From contig CAZQMS010000004.1 of NCBI GenBank assembly GCA_964594735.1, positions 13,241-77,240 on the forward strand: a DNA stretch of 64,000 nt. The letters are read 5' to 3'. The translations under genes were made by a program, and so were the position numbers. Numbering within the stretch: the first letter of the stretch is position 1; each line of letters starts with the position of its first letter. The notes under the pieces were generated by a model. That model ran no database searches, was not told the origin of the DNA, and worked only from the letters and a program-made list of their open reading frames with translations. Positions 19,177 through 28,649 of this stretch are shown in pieces. This stretch comes from an uncultured Candidatus Saccharibacteria bacterium (lineage in GTDB: Bacteria; Patescibacteriota; Minisyncoccia; Phycocordibacterales; UBA2100).

Positions 19177-20832
19177 ATGGGACTTTCTGAGCTCGTACAG
19201 ACACTCCTCAAAAAGCGCGGTATCGAAGACACCGCCGCATTCCTCTCTCCCGACTATGAGCTCCACACGCATTCGCACGCACTTTTTGCAGACATGGAAG
19301 CGGCAGTTTCGCGCGTGCTCGCAGCAGTAGAGAAAGGTGAACGCATCGCTATCTACGCGGATTTTGATTGCGACGGTATTCCTGGCGCCGCACTTCTCTC
19401 TGACGTGTTTCAGAAAATCGGGTACGGAAACTACGAAATATACATACCGCATCGCGACAAAGAGGGCTACGGCCTGCATACAGATGCTATCGATGCGCTG
19501 CGAGAGAGGGGTGTGACGCTCATGATAACGGTCGATGTGGGTACGACAGCGGTAGACGCTGTTGCCTACGCGTCGGAGCGCGGTATCGACACGATTGTGA
19601 CGGACCACCACGAGCTTGGCGCGGAGCTTCCGCGCGCTGTTGCAGTTCTCAATCCGAAGCGAGAGCCCTACCCGTACCCACATTTGTGCGGTGCCGGGGT
19701 CGCGTTCAAGTTTGCGCAGGCACTCATCGAAGCGGGCAAGAAGCGTGGCGTAGCGGGATTCGCGCCTGTTGCTCCAGGGTGGGAAAAGTGGCTCCTCGAT
19801 CTCGTAGCAATCGCCACGGTGGCGGATATGGTCCCACTCATCGGCGAGAATCGCGTGCTTGCGCACTGGGGACTCACCGTGCTCCGTAAGTCGCCGCGGC
19901 CGGGCATTACAGCGCTTCTCTCGCAGCTCCGCATGCGGAAAGCGGAACTCACCGAAGAGGATATTGGATTTTCCATCGCGCCGCGCATCAATGCCGCGTC
20001 GCGTATGGACAATCCTGACCTTGCGCTGAAACTCCTCACGGCCAAAGACCCGAAAGAAGCAGAAGAGATTGCGGCGAGCCTCGAGAAACTCAATGCGTCG
20101 CGCAAGGGTGTTGTCGCGGGAATCGTGCGCGAAGCAAAAAAGCGAACGCGCGCGCGGTTCCAGCCGGGCGAAGTTGTCGTGCTCGGCGACCCTGAGTGGA
20201 AGCCGGCACTCCTTGGTCTCGCTGCAAATTCAATCATGGGTGATCGCGGTGGTGTCGTGTGCCTGTGGGGACGCGATGCGCTCGGTCGCATCAAGGGCTC
20301 GTGCCGTTCCGACGGGGAAATGTCCGTCGTCGAACTTCTCACCGGCGCGGGGGATGCCTTTACGGAATCGGGCGGGCACGCTGCGTCGGGAGGATTCACT
20401 GTTGCGGAGGGGGCAGTGCACACGCTCCCGGAGAGGCTTGCGAGTGTCGCGCAGAATCTCGTGCGCAAGACGGCCGCGGAGGTGGCGCGTGAGGATGCAT
20501 CCATAGCGCTCCGCGAGGTTTCGTTCGCGCTTCTGCGTGACATCTCACAGCTCGCGCCGTTTGGTATTGGCAACCCGAAGCCCCTGTTTCGTATACGCCG
20601 CGTTCGCGTCTGCGAAGTGCGCCGCTTCGGCAAAGAAAAGAACCACGTCGAGGTGACGCTCGCGTGTCGGGAGACCTCTGCGACTGCGCGCGGATTTGAT
20701 TTTTTCCGAGCCCCTGAGGATTTTACTTATGCACCCGTACCGCAGGCTGAGGCATCGGTGCTTGCGACGGTGGAGCGCGATACGTACCGCGGCGGCCTCG
20801 CGCTCAGGCTTGTCGATATCCTTCCCGCCTAG
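19177..20832 (+). CDS. recJ: Single-stranded-DNA-specific exonuclease RecJ
   Basis: DHH motifs (DFDCDGI, VTDHH) and a DHHA1 domain. ORF-track start 19126 reads through repeat R4. Confidence 0.85.
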   Translation: MGLSELVQTLLKKRGIEDTAAFLSPDYELHTHSHALFADMEAAVSRVLAAVEKGERIAIYADFDCDGIPGAALLSDVFQKIGYGNYEIYIPHRDKEGYGLHTDAIDALRERGVTLMITVDVGTTAVDAVAYASERGIDTIVTDHHELGAELPRAVAVLNPKREPYPYPHLCGAGVAFKFAQALIEAGKKRGVAGFAPVAPGWEKWLLDLVAIATVADMVPLIGENRVLAHWGLTVLRKSPRPGITALLSQLRMRKAELTEEDIGFSIAPRINAASRMDNPDLALKLLTAKDPKEAEEIAASLEKLNASRKGVVAGIVREAKKRTRARFQPGEVVVLGDPEWKPALLGLAANSIMGDRGGVVCLWGRDALGRIKGSCRSDGEMSVVELLTGAGDAFTESGGHAASGGFTVAEGAVHTLPERLASVAQNLVRKTAAEVAREDASIALREVSFALLRDISQLAPFGIGNPKPLFRIRRVRVCEVRRFGKEKNHVEVTLACRETSATARGFDFFRAPEDFTYAPVPQAEASVLATVERDTYRGGLALRLVDILPA

Positions 20833-20833
20833 G

Positions 20834-20940
20834 CTATACCCCGTGAGATAGACTCGCCAATCTTAGATCAATAGAATGAAAACTGCTGATTCTTTGTTTA
20901 TGTAAATCGGAGTGCGTATTATCTCATGGGGTATACTCGC
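20834..20940. repeat. Family-B inverted repeat pair: TATACCCCGTGAGATAGACTC ... TATTATCTCATGGGGTATACTCGC
   Basis: Seen in sequence. The second arm ends 3 nt before the rnhA ATG. Confidence 0.7.
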
Positions 20941-20943
20941 TGC

Positions 20944-21651
20944 ATGTCCCGCATCATTATTTTCTGCGACGGCGCATCGAAGGGCAATCCTGGACCCGGC
21001 GGATGGGGTGCGCTCGTCGCGACAGAGACGCACGTCGAAGAGCTCGGTGGCGCTGAGGCGCAGACGACCAATAATCGCATGGAACTGAAGGCCGCATTCG
21101 AGGCACTCGCAAAAGCAAAAGATTTTGGCGCGGAGACCGTCGATGTGTACGCAGACTCGCAGTATGTGATTGGCGGTACGACGGCGTGGGGGAAAGGATG
21201 GCAGCGCAACGGCTGGATTACTTCTACGAAGCAGCCCGTCCTCAATCGCGACCTGTGGGAGCCGCTCCTCGAGCTGCTCGATTCTATGGATTCAAAAATT
21301 AGTTGGCACAACGTCGGCGGCCATGTCGGCGTCGGGGGGAACGAACGTGTTGACGAAATCGCATCTGGGTTTGCGACGAATGATGCGCCTCCTCTCTACT
21401 CAGGCGCACGAAGTGAGTACCCCATTGATCTCACGAATATCGAGGTTGACGCATCGCTCCAAAAAAAGAAATCCGAATCCCGCAATCGTTCCAAGGCGAA
21501 AGCCTACTCCTACGTGAGCGAAGTCGAGGGGAAAGTCGAGGTCCACAAGACGTGGGCTGAATGCGAAGCTCGCGTCCGGGGCAGAAAAGCACGGTTCAAA
21601 AAAGCGCTCACGCAGGAAGACGAGACCAGTATCGTGCACAGTTTTTCATAG
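20944..21651 (+). CDS. rnhA: Ribonuclease HI with a C-terminal Cauli_VI-like hybrid-binding extension
   Basis: RNase H motifs (DGASKGNPGPGGWG, TNNRMEL, HVGVGGNERVD). C-terminal YSYVSEVEGKVEVHKTWAECEARV..FKK. Confidence 0.85.
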   Translation: MSRIIIFCDGASKGNPGPGGWGALVATETHVEELGGAEAQTTNNRMELKAAFEALAKAKDFGAETVDVYADSQYVIGGTTAWGKGWQRNGWITSTKQPVLNRDLWEPLLELLDSMDSKISWHNVGGHVGVGGNERVDEIASGFATNDAPPLYSGARSEYPIDLTNIEVDASLQKKKSESRNRSKAKAYSYVSEVEGKVEVHKTWAECEARVRGRKARFKKALTQEDETSIVHSFS

Positions 21652-21764
21652 TGGCTTTTATTGCAACTTTCCACAGTAGGTGTACCGTAAATTGTGGAAT
21701 GCTCGTTTCAGCTAGCTAAAGGCGGGTATTCCATCGTTGCAACGAAACAGGAGCTCGTACGAAC

Positions 21765-22205
21765 ATGTGCGACTATAGCCTCGAGAATGTTGTCTCGCGT
21801 CCGGCCGTGGCGGCCGACCGTCTCGTGACGACGTCGTTTCCGCGCACTGTCTCCCGCGGCTTCGCTGATGGAGCCAAAGGTGTCGATAAGACCGTGGCGG
21901 TCTGCTTGCGTCCTGGCACGGAAATCGCGTTTGACTCACCGCCGGTCTTTGAGCACCCGGTGACGTACCAGGAGGTCGTCGCGCCCGGCAAGGTCGCGCG
22001 CTTTGCGCAGGTGGACATGCACATCAGGCACAAGCATCACGACACGCTCGTCTTCGCTGACGGCACCTTCGTTCCGGTCACCCGTCTCGTCGTGGGGCAG
22101 TACGCGACCGTGCTGCAGTTGCCGAGCGTGCGGCTGCACGAACGCGCGCACACGGCCGGCGAAGAGAACTCTGGTGCTCCGGCGCGCGAGCTCAAGAACG
22201 CCTGA
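21765..22205 (+). CDS. Hypothetical protein (begins MCDYSLE)
   Basis: AGGAG ribosome-binding site. Consistent codon usage. Confidence 0.5.
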   Translation: MCDYSLENVVSRPAVAADRLVTTSFPRTVSRGFADGAKGVDKTVAVCLRPGTEIAFDSPPVFEHPVTYQEVVAPGKVARFAQVDMHIRHKHHDTLVFADGTFVPVTRLVVGQYATVLQLPSVRLHERAHTAGEENSGAPARELKNA

Positions 22206-22281
22206 ACGACACGGCTAGTGCTCACAACGAACGACCCTCGGGACTCCGGCCCCGAGGGTTTTCTTTTGATACGCTTTCAGT

Positions 22282-23775
22282 ATGTCCGGCAAGATTGTCT
22301 GGGCGGTGTGCGCGGGGATTCTTCTTGGGGTCCTCTTTCGCTCGTTCGTCCCACTTTCGTGGCCATTAGCAGCGTTTCTCGCGCTCGCCGGCGTGTTCGT
22401 GCTCGGGTTCTCCACTCTCGACAGGCGGAGTGTCTACGCTCTCATCGGTATCGGCTGCATCGCTTTTGCGGGCGGAATGCTCCGGATGGACGCGGCGCGA
22501 CTCGTGCACGACCCGGCCTTGTACGAGAGGCTTGATAAGGATGTCGTTTTAATCGGGAAAGTCGTGGCGGAACCCGACGTGCGAGAGAAAAGCGTCAGGC
22601 TGCGCGTGCGTGCAAGCGATATGATTTATCATAACGCCACGACTTCTGTTGATGCCGGCGTGCTCGTCGTCGCACCACTTCACTCCGAAGTTGCATACGG
22701 TGACACTGTCCGCGCGGAGGGGAGACTACGGCTTCCCGAGGCGTTCGATACAGGTTCCGGACGGGTCTTCGACTACCCGATGTTCCTCGCGAAAGACGGC
22801 GTGCTCTACGAGCTCGCGTTTGCGGAAATCGAAGTGCTCGAAACTGGGGGCGGCAATGTGGTGAAGAAGGCTGCGCTCGCCATCAAACAGCTCTATCTCA
22901 CCGGTCTCAAGCGCACTTTGCCCGAGCCCGCTGCGGGACTCGCGGGTGGCATCACGGTGGGCGACAAGCGTTCTATAGGTGAAGAACTCTCGCAGGCGTT
23001 TATCAATGTCTCGCTCATCCACATCGTCGTCCTCTCCGGCTACAACATGACCGTGGTTATCAACGCGGCGGCGCGCCTCCTCACGTATGTTCCTCGAGTG
23101 CCGCGCCATGCACCCTTTGCCGTAAGCGGAATTATCGTCTTGCTCTTTGTGCTTATGACAGGTGGTGCGGCGAGTGCGACGCGTGCAGGTGCGATGGCGC
23201 TTATCGCGACGTACGCGCGGCTTTCAGGGCGCTCGTTTCTCGCGCTACGCGTGCTCGCAGCTGTCGCGGCGGCGATGGCACTGTGGAATCCATTTATCGT
23301 CGCGTTCGACCCCGGATTCCAGCTTTCCATACTCGCGACGGCAGGACTCATTCTCTTTACGCCACTCATAGCTCCGTACCTGCCGTTCATATCGGAGCGG
23401 TGGGGACTGCGTGAGATAGCCGCCTCCACAATCGGCACTCAAATTGCAGTACTCCCGCTTCTCCTGTATCAAAACGGACTCCTCAGCATCGCTGCTGTCC
23501 CCGCGAACTTACTCACGCTCATCATCGTCCCGTCGGCGATGCTTTTCTCTTTCTTCGCGTCGCTCGCGGGACTACTCCTCGGAAACTTCGGGACCATAGT
23601 GGCACTCCCGGCGCTTGCGCTGCTCTCCTACATCATCAAAGTTGCTGAAATTCTCTCTGCAATTCCGTATGCATCTGTCACCGTCCCCGCATTCGGCGTC
23701 TGGCTCATGGTTCTCATGTATGTATTGCTTGCCGTCGCGTACGCCTGGCTACAAAAGAAAACACCCCAGGGATGA
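22282..23775 (+). CDS. comEC: DNA internalization competence protein ComEC/Rec2, channel part (DUF4131 + Competence domain). No fused MBL domain.
   Basis: Polytopic membrane protein with the ComEC signature LIHIVVLSGYNM. Confidence 0.8.
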   Translation: MSGKIVWAVCAGILLGVLFRSFVPLSWPLAAFLALAGVFVLGFSTLDRRSVYALIGIGCIAFAGGMLRMDAARLVHDPALYERLDKDVVLIGKVVAEPDVREKSVRLRVRASDMIYHNATTSVDAGVLVVAPLHSEVAYGDTVRAEGRLRLPEAFDTGSGRVFDYPMFLAKDGVLYELAFAEIEVLETGGGNVVKKAALAIKQLYLTGLKRTLPEPAAGLAGGITVGDKRSIGEELSQAFINVSLIHIVVLSGYNMTVVINAAARLLTYVPRVPRHAPFAVSGIIVLLFVLMTGGAASATRAGAMALIATYARLSGRSFLALRVLAAVAAAMALWNPFIVAFDPGFQLSILATAGLILFTPLIAPYLPFISERWGLREIAASTIGTQIAVLPLLLYQNGLLSIAAVPANLLTLIIVPSAMLFSFFASLAGLLLGNFGTIVALPALALLSYIIKVAEILSAIPYASVTVPAFGVWLMVLMYVLLAVAYAWLQKKTPQG

Positions 23776-23862
23776 ACCCTGGGGTTTCCGGTCGAGATGT
23801 ACCTCGACCAAGGTGCTTAACGAAACGTGCGAGTCGGCCTTACGCGCGCCGACGCGCAGCCG

Positions 23863-24249
23863 CTACTGCTGATCCCGGCGCGGCTGATCGGAGCCGACGT
23901 GGCCGGTCGCTTGCGCCGCCACGGTCTGGTCGGCGGTCGCGGTGCCGGCGCCGTTCTGCTGCTGCTTGGCGAGGTCGGCCTGCTGCTGCAGCGCGAGAAG
24001 GTCGTTCTTGAACCAGTCGTCCTTGGTCACACCGAGCTGAGTGCCCTTCGTGATGAACGCGGACTCAATCTCCTTGTGGTTCTGCGGAATCTTGATGGCC
24101 GGCAGCTCGTCGTCGCCGCGGAACATCTTGCCGACGAACTGGAGGGCGTTGACGGACGTGATCGTCGCGATCATGGCCGGCAGGCCGGAGTGCAGAGCGG
24201 TCGTGGCAATCAACGCGGTCTTGGCGGTCGAAGTGGTGGACGGTGTCAC
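23863..24249 (-). CDS. Hypothetical protein in a compositionally anomalous (GC about 66%, strong GC3) segment. GTG start with an AAGAGGAGA ribosome-binding site.
   Basis: Strong ribosome-binding site 7 nt upstream of the GTG. The segment 23776-24390 has an actinobacterial-type codon bias. Confidence 0.5.
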   Translation of the reverse strand: MTPSTTSTAKTALIATTALHSGLPAMIATITSVNALQFVGKMFRGDDELPAIKIPQNHKEIESAFITKGTQLGVTKDDWFKNDLLALQQQADLAKQQQNGAGTATADQTVAAQATGHVGSDQPRRDQQ

Positions 24250-24387
24250 GTGACAGTCTCCTCTTGGGGTTCAACCAAGGCCCTAGCGGCCATGGCTGCG
24301 CGGGACAGTACCAGCGGGCGGCGGGGGTGTCAAATGCAGACGGCGCCCCAAGGAGGGGCGCCGTCTGAAGAACCAAGAGAGGCAGAA

Positions 24388-24825
24388 TTACATTACCGGT
24401 GCAGGAGCAGAGGAGCCGCGGCCTTTCCACCAGCCGATGAGTGCCGCCGGAATCAGCCAGTAGCCGAGGAGGACGACAGTCGATGCGCTGAGGAGGAACG
24501 GACCGAAGTTGGGGATGACTGCCATCATCTGCGCGAGCGAGCCGGTCTGCGTGAGCACGCCGGCGACGCCAGAGATGAAGGCGACAGCGAGCGAGAGCAC
24601 AAAACCGATGGCGCCGAATATCACGCCAGTTTTGAGGTCGCGCACGCCGTACCACATCGCGAGGAGCGCGACGACGATAGCGGAGAGAACGACAAACGAG
24701 ATGTACTGCGGCGTGAGCATGCCGGGCGTAGCGCTGGGCGGGATGAGCGCGATTATCGCCGCGACTACCGTGTTGGTGAGGTAGTTGCCGAGAAACGTGA
24801 TAAGGATTGCCTTTTGGTAATTCAT
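24388..24825 (-). CDS. Polytopic membrane protein
   Basis: Four hydrophobic segments. Confidence 0.5.
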   Translation of the reverse strand: MNYQKAILITFLGNYLTNTVVAAIIALIPPSATPGMLTPQYISFVVLSAIVVALLAMWYGVRDLKTGVIFGAIGFVLSLAVAFISGVAGVLTQTGSLAQMMAVIPNFGPFLLSASTVVLLGYWLIPAALIGWWKGRGSSAPAPVM

Positions 24826-24857
24826 AGTAAGCACTAAATGCTAATACCTAAAGGATA

Positions 24858-25457
24858 TCACGCATTTGCAGCCTCAAAGCGCTTTTCCACTACCTCCCAG
24901 TTGAGGTTCTTGAAGAACGCATCTATATATTGTGTCTTTCCCGCAGGCAGCGCCCCGTAGTCGAGGATGTATGAATGCTCCCACACGTCGAGGGCGAGGA
25001 TGATGGGGAGGGTGGCGAAGTGCCCTTGGTGCTGTTCGCCAATGAAGCCGCCGAGGAAGCTTCCGATTTCTTTATCCCAATAGAGCATCGCCCAGCCCGG
25101 ACCGCGCATTTTCGCTATCGCCGTGAGGTACCTGAGGAGGTGCTCCGGCGCCCCGAAGTCTTTGCACACCGCATCGTAAAAAGCACCACTCGAGGGCATG
25201 GGGGATGCGCCACCCTCGAATTGTGGAAAGTAGTGCTCATGCAATCGCATGCCGTCGAACTCAAAAGAGCGTCGACGTATGATTTCCGATAGTGCATGCG
25301 CGTGCTTCTCGCTGTCTTTCGCGTATTCACCGATGAGTGAGGTGAGTGTGTTGAAGTTCTTCACATACCCCTCGTAGAGCCCGATGTGCTCCTCGACCGA
25401 TTTTCTAGATATGCCCTCCAGTTCGGGGATATTGAATGTCTTTGGCGTGTATTCCAT
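24858..25457 (-). CDS. Fe/Mn superoxide dismutase
   Basis: SOD motifs (HH..HH, D.WEHAYY-like DVWEHSYI). Confidence 0.9.
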   Translation of the reverse strand: MEYTPKTFNIPELEGISRKSVEEHIGLYEGYVKNFNTLTSLIGEYAKDSEKHAHALSEIIRRRSFEFDGMRLHEHYFPQFEGGASPMPSSGAFYDAVCKDFGAPEHLLRYLTAIAKMRGPGWAMLYWDKEIGSFLGGFIGEQHQGHFATLPIILALDVWEHSYILDYGALPAGKTQYIDAFFKNLNWEVVEKRFEAANA

Positions 25458-25501
25458 ATCGCTCAATATAGCACCGCGCACGGTGAAGCTAGAATGTACG
25501 C

Positions 25502-26356
25502 ATGCAGGCCTCGTCGCGCATCCTCGCTATGGTGCTCGTTCTGCTCCTCCTCGTTTTGGGCAGCATTGCGTATGCGGTAGCGGCGGAGGACCGGCGCGGG
25601 CTGCTCACCGTCTCCTTTCTCGACGTGGGGCAAGGCGACGCGATTTTTATCGACGCGCCGTCTGGGAGACAAGTACTCATCGACGGCGGCGCGAGTGCGC
25701 AGGTACTGCGCGAGCTTGCACGCGTGAGCCCCTGGTACGACAGAAGCATCGATGTCATCATCGCGACGCACCCAGATGCCGACCACATCGGCGGGCTTAT
25801 CGACGTCCTCGAGCGCTACGAGGTGGACACGATTGTGCGCTCGAGCGTACATGGCGATACCGCGCTCGCGGAGACGTTTGATAGTCTCGCCACTTCTGGC
25901 CGATATGAGACTTTTTTCGCAGAGCGCGGACAGACAATCGACCTCGGCGGCGGAGCACGCCTCGAGATTCTCTTTCCAGACCGTCCCGTCCCCGGGATTG
26001 AGCCCAATGTGGGGTGCGTCGTCGCGCGGCTGACGTATGGCGAGACGGCATTCATGCTGCCGTGCGATGCGCCCGACGAGATAGAGCTCTATCTCGCGCG
26101 TCTTGGTGCCGAGCATCTTAGAGCCGATGTGCTGAAGGCTGCGCACCATGGCTCGAAGACTTCTTCCGCTCCCGCTTTTGTCGGCGCTGTCGCACCTGCG
26201 TACGCGGTGTTCTCGCGCGGATGCGACAACAGCTACGGTCATCCGCATCCGGAAGTCGTCGAGACGTACGCGCGCTTCGAAATCCCCACGCTCGACACCT
26301 GCGAAGAGGGGACAATTACTTTTGTGAGCGATGGACAAACGGTGTCGCTTCGGTAG
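25502..26356 (+). CDS. ComEC-type metallo-beta-lactamase domain protein (stand-alone C-terminal domain of ComEC)
   Basis: MBL motif HPDADHIGG. Typical ComEC C-terminal signature KAAHHGSKTSS. N-terminal TM anchor. Confidence 0.8.
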   Translation: MQASSRILAMVLVLLLLVLGSIAYAVAAEDRRGLLTVSFLDVGQGDAIFIDAPSGRQVLIDGGASAQVLRELARVSPWYDRSIDVIIATHPDADHIGGLIDVLERYEVDTIVRSSVHGDTALAETFDSLATSGRYETFFAERGQTIDLGGGARLEILFPDRPVPGIEPNVGCVVARLTYGETAFMLPCDAPDEIELYLARLGAEHLRADVLKAAHHGSKTSSAPAFVGAVAPAYAVFSRGCDNSYGHPHPEVVETYARFEIPTLDTCEEGTITFVSDGQTVSLR

Positions 26357-26404
26357 TGTTACGTAAGCACGCGGATTGCGTGTATCAACCCGCAAGGAGG
26401 CCGA

Positions 26405-26551
26405 ATGAAAAGATTTTTCATCGCGCTCGCCAAATTCATCGGGTACGGTGGGGCAAAGTCGCTCCTCGACCCGGCGCGCGTCGAAGGGGACGATTCCGCG
26501 GGGGCGAGGGCCCTCGTCATCGAAGGCAAGCGGAAAAACTTTGTTTTCTAA
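26405..26551 (+). CDS. Small protein (48 aa), not in the ORF track
   Basis: AAGGAGG ribosome-binding site 5 nt upstream of the ATG at 26405. Translates MKRFFIALAKFIGYGG... Confidence 0.35.
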   Translation: MKRFFIALAKFIGYGGAKSLLDPARVEGDDSAGARALVIEGKRKNFVF

Positions 26552-26571
26552 AGCATTCGCTGATCCACGCA

Positions 26572-26600
26572 CGAAAAAGGCCGCCTTCCGGGCGGCCTTT
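26572..26600. terminator. Bidirectional intrinsic terminator (AAAAAGGCCGCCTTCCGGGCGGCCTTT)
   Basis: GC hairpin flanked by A and T runs, between the small ORF (+) and rpmB (-). Confidence 0.6.
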
Positions 26601-26639
26601 GACTTTCATGGATGAGAGAACGTTGCCGGTCGGTGCTTG

Positions 26640-26885
26640 TTAGGCGAGAATCCCCGCTTTCTTGAGCGTCTGGAATGCGCCTCGCTTTTTCATGGTCTTG
26701 AGGCCCTTGGCGGAGACGTGCACGGTGATTTTCTTGCCGAGCTCGGGGATGAAAAGCGTCTTTTTCTGGAGGTTGACCTGGCGGCGGCGCTTGCCAGTCG
26801 GGTTGAACTTGGTAGCACGAACACGGTTGGAGTAGCCGCCTCCGACCTGTGAGCTCTTGCCTGTGATGACACATTCTTTCGCCAT
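26640..26885 (-). CDS. rpmB: 50S ribosomal protein L28
   Basis: MAKECVITGKSSQVGGGYS. Confidence 0.85.
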   Translation of the reverse strand: MAKECVITGKSSQVGGGYSNRVRATKFNPTGKRRRQVNLQKKTLFIPELGKKITVHVSAKGLKTMKKRGAFQTLKKAGILA

Positions 26886-26943
26886 AGACGCCCGAACTGT
26901 ACCGCAGGGGGTGTATAAAGTCAAAAAATAGGGCGCAAAAGTG

Positions 26944-27017
26944 TATACCCCATGAGATACCCCACTCTAGATCCTGGCGATATATTCGAATCTCACTATC
27001 TCACGGGGTATACTGAT
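26944..27017. repeat. Family-B inverted repeat pair in the divergent rpmB/M50 intergenic region: TATACCCCATGAGATAC ... TATCTCACGGGGTATACT
   Basis: Seen in sequence. Each arm points towards one gene. Confidence 0.7.
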
Positions 27018-27022
27018 GCACT

Positions 27023-27649
27023 ATGGAATTCAGCGACACGATATTCCTCATCGTGGTTATCATATTCTCGGCCGTCATACACGAGGTGATGCACGGCGTT
27101 GCGGCAGATAAACTGGGCGACCCTACAGCGCGCTATGCGGGTCGGCTTACGCTCAACCCCATCCCGCACCTCGACCCCATCGGCTCTGTGCTCGTCCCGG
27201 TACTCCTCGCGTTCTCGGGTGCGTCCTTTTTCTTCGCCTGGGCGAAGCCAGTGCCGTACAATCCGTACAATCTTCGACCCGGTCGCTTTTCAGAAGCGAT
27301 CGTCGCATTTGCAGGACCACTCTCCAACCTCGTCATCGCGCTCGTCACGGGGCTCCTCATGCAGACCATAGCCTTCGCACCGGAGGTCACCGCAATCCTC
27401 TTCCTCATCGTCGCGGTCAACGTGATGCTCTTCCTCTTCAACCTCTTCCCTATACCGCCGCTCGATGGCTCCAAAATACTTTCTTCTCTTCTGCCTGGCG
27501 CCATCGGCCGCACCTACGATGGGTGGCGCGCACGCATGGAATACAACCCCTTCCTTGGCATGGGGCTCGTGCTCGTGGTCATTGTCGTCTTCGGCCAGGC
27601 GTTCGGCACGTTCGTCTTCGGGGTAGCGCGTCTCATCGCGGGAGTATAG
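27023..27649 (+). CDS. Peptidase M50 (site-2 protease-like) membrane metalloprotease
   Basis: HEVMHG zinc motif and the NLFPIPPLDG motif. Confidence 0.75.
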   Translation: MEFSDTIFLIVVIIFSAVIHEVMHGVAADKLGDPTARYAGRLTLNPIPHLDPIGSVLVPVLLAFSGASFFFAWAKPVPYNPYNLRPGRFSEAIVAFAGPLSNLVIALVTGLLMQTIAFAPEVTAILFLIVAVNVMLFLFNLFPIPPLDGSKILSSLLPGAIGRTYDGWRARMEYNPFLGMGLVLVVIVVFGQAFGTFVFGVARLIAGV

Positions 27650-27721
27650 GGCTCATCCTTGCGCCCGCAGGGCATTAATAGTAGTATCTCGGCATTCCCC
27701 TCGGGGGATTTTTGATTGACA

Positions 27722-28138
27722 ATGGCTACGATAAACCAGCTCGCACGCAAAGGACGCAACCCGCGCGTGTACAAATCCAAGACCGGCGCGCTCGCGCGCG
27801 GTTTCAACACGCTCAAGAACCGCCCCTCTTTCTACCCGGCGCCCTTCAAGCGCGGTGTGTGCACTCGCGTCACGACCAAGACGCCTAGGAAGCCCAACTC
27901 CGCCATCCGCAAAATCGCCCGCGTCCGTCTTTCCAATGGTATGGAAATCACCGCCTACATCCCGGGCGAGGGACACAACCTCCAGGAACACTCGGTCGTT
28001 CTCGTGCGCGGTGGTCGCGTGAAAGACATCGGCATCCGTTACACCATCGTGCGCGGTAAGCTCGACGCTACCGGTGTGGAGAAGCGCCGCCGCGGCCGCT
28101 CTCGCTACGGCGCCAAGAAGCCCAAAGCTGCCAAGTAA
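27722..28138 (+). CDS. rpsL: 30S ribosomal protein S12
   Basis: Strongly conserved sequence. Confidence 0.9.
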   Translation: MATINQLARKGRNPRVYKSKTGALARGFNTLKNRPSFYPAPFKRGVCTRVTTKTPRKPNSAIRKIARVRLSNGMEITAYIPGEGHNLQEHSVVLVRGGRVKDIGIRYTIVRGKLDATGVEKRRRGRSRYGAKKPKAAK

Positions 28139-28178
28139 TTTCCTATACCCTACAACCTATTCCCTCTAAAATATCTCT

Positions 28179-28640
28179 ATGCGACGCCCTGTAAAAAATC
28201 GTAAGCAGCCGAATCCCGACGAAGTGTACGGGTCTCTCAAGGTCGCGAAGCTCATCAACTACGTGATGGAGCGCGGCAAAAAGGACACCGCCCGCAAAAT
28301 CGTCTACAAGGTCATGGAAGAGCTCAAGAAAGAGGGCGACCCGGTCGCAATCCTCGAGGAGGCGCTCGACAAGGCAGCTCCGTCGGTAGAAGTACGCTCA
28401 CGCCGCGTGGGAGGTGCCAACTACCAGGTGCCTCGCGAGGTGCGCCCCGAGCGCCGTCTTGCACTTGGCCTGCGCTGGATAGTGGAGGCAGCGGAAGGCA
28501 CGAAGGGCAAGCCGATGGCAGACTCGCTTCTCAAAGAAATCCAGGCAGCATACAAGGGCGAGGGCAGCGCGGTCACCAAGAAGGAAACAACGCACCGCAT
28601 GGCAGAGGCCAACAAGGCTTTTGCCCATTTTGCCTGGTAA
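28179..28640 (+). CDS. rpsG: 30S ribosomal protein S7
   Basis: Strongly conserved sequence. The last ~30 nt are lower in GC than the duplicated copy at 29164-29197. Confidence 0.9.
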   Translation: MRRPVKNRKQPNPDEVYGSLKVAKLINYVMERGKKDTARKIVYKVMEELKKEGDPVAILEEALDKAAPSVEVRSRRVGGANYQVPREVRPERRLALGLRWIVEAAEGTKGKPMADSLLKEIQAAYKGEGSAVTKKETTHRMAEANKAFAHFAW

Positions 28641-28649
28641 GTTAAGAAT

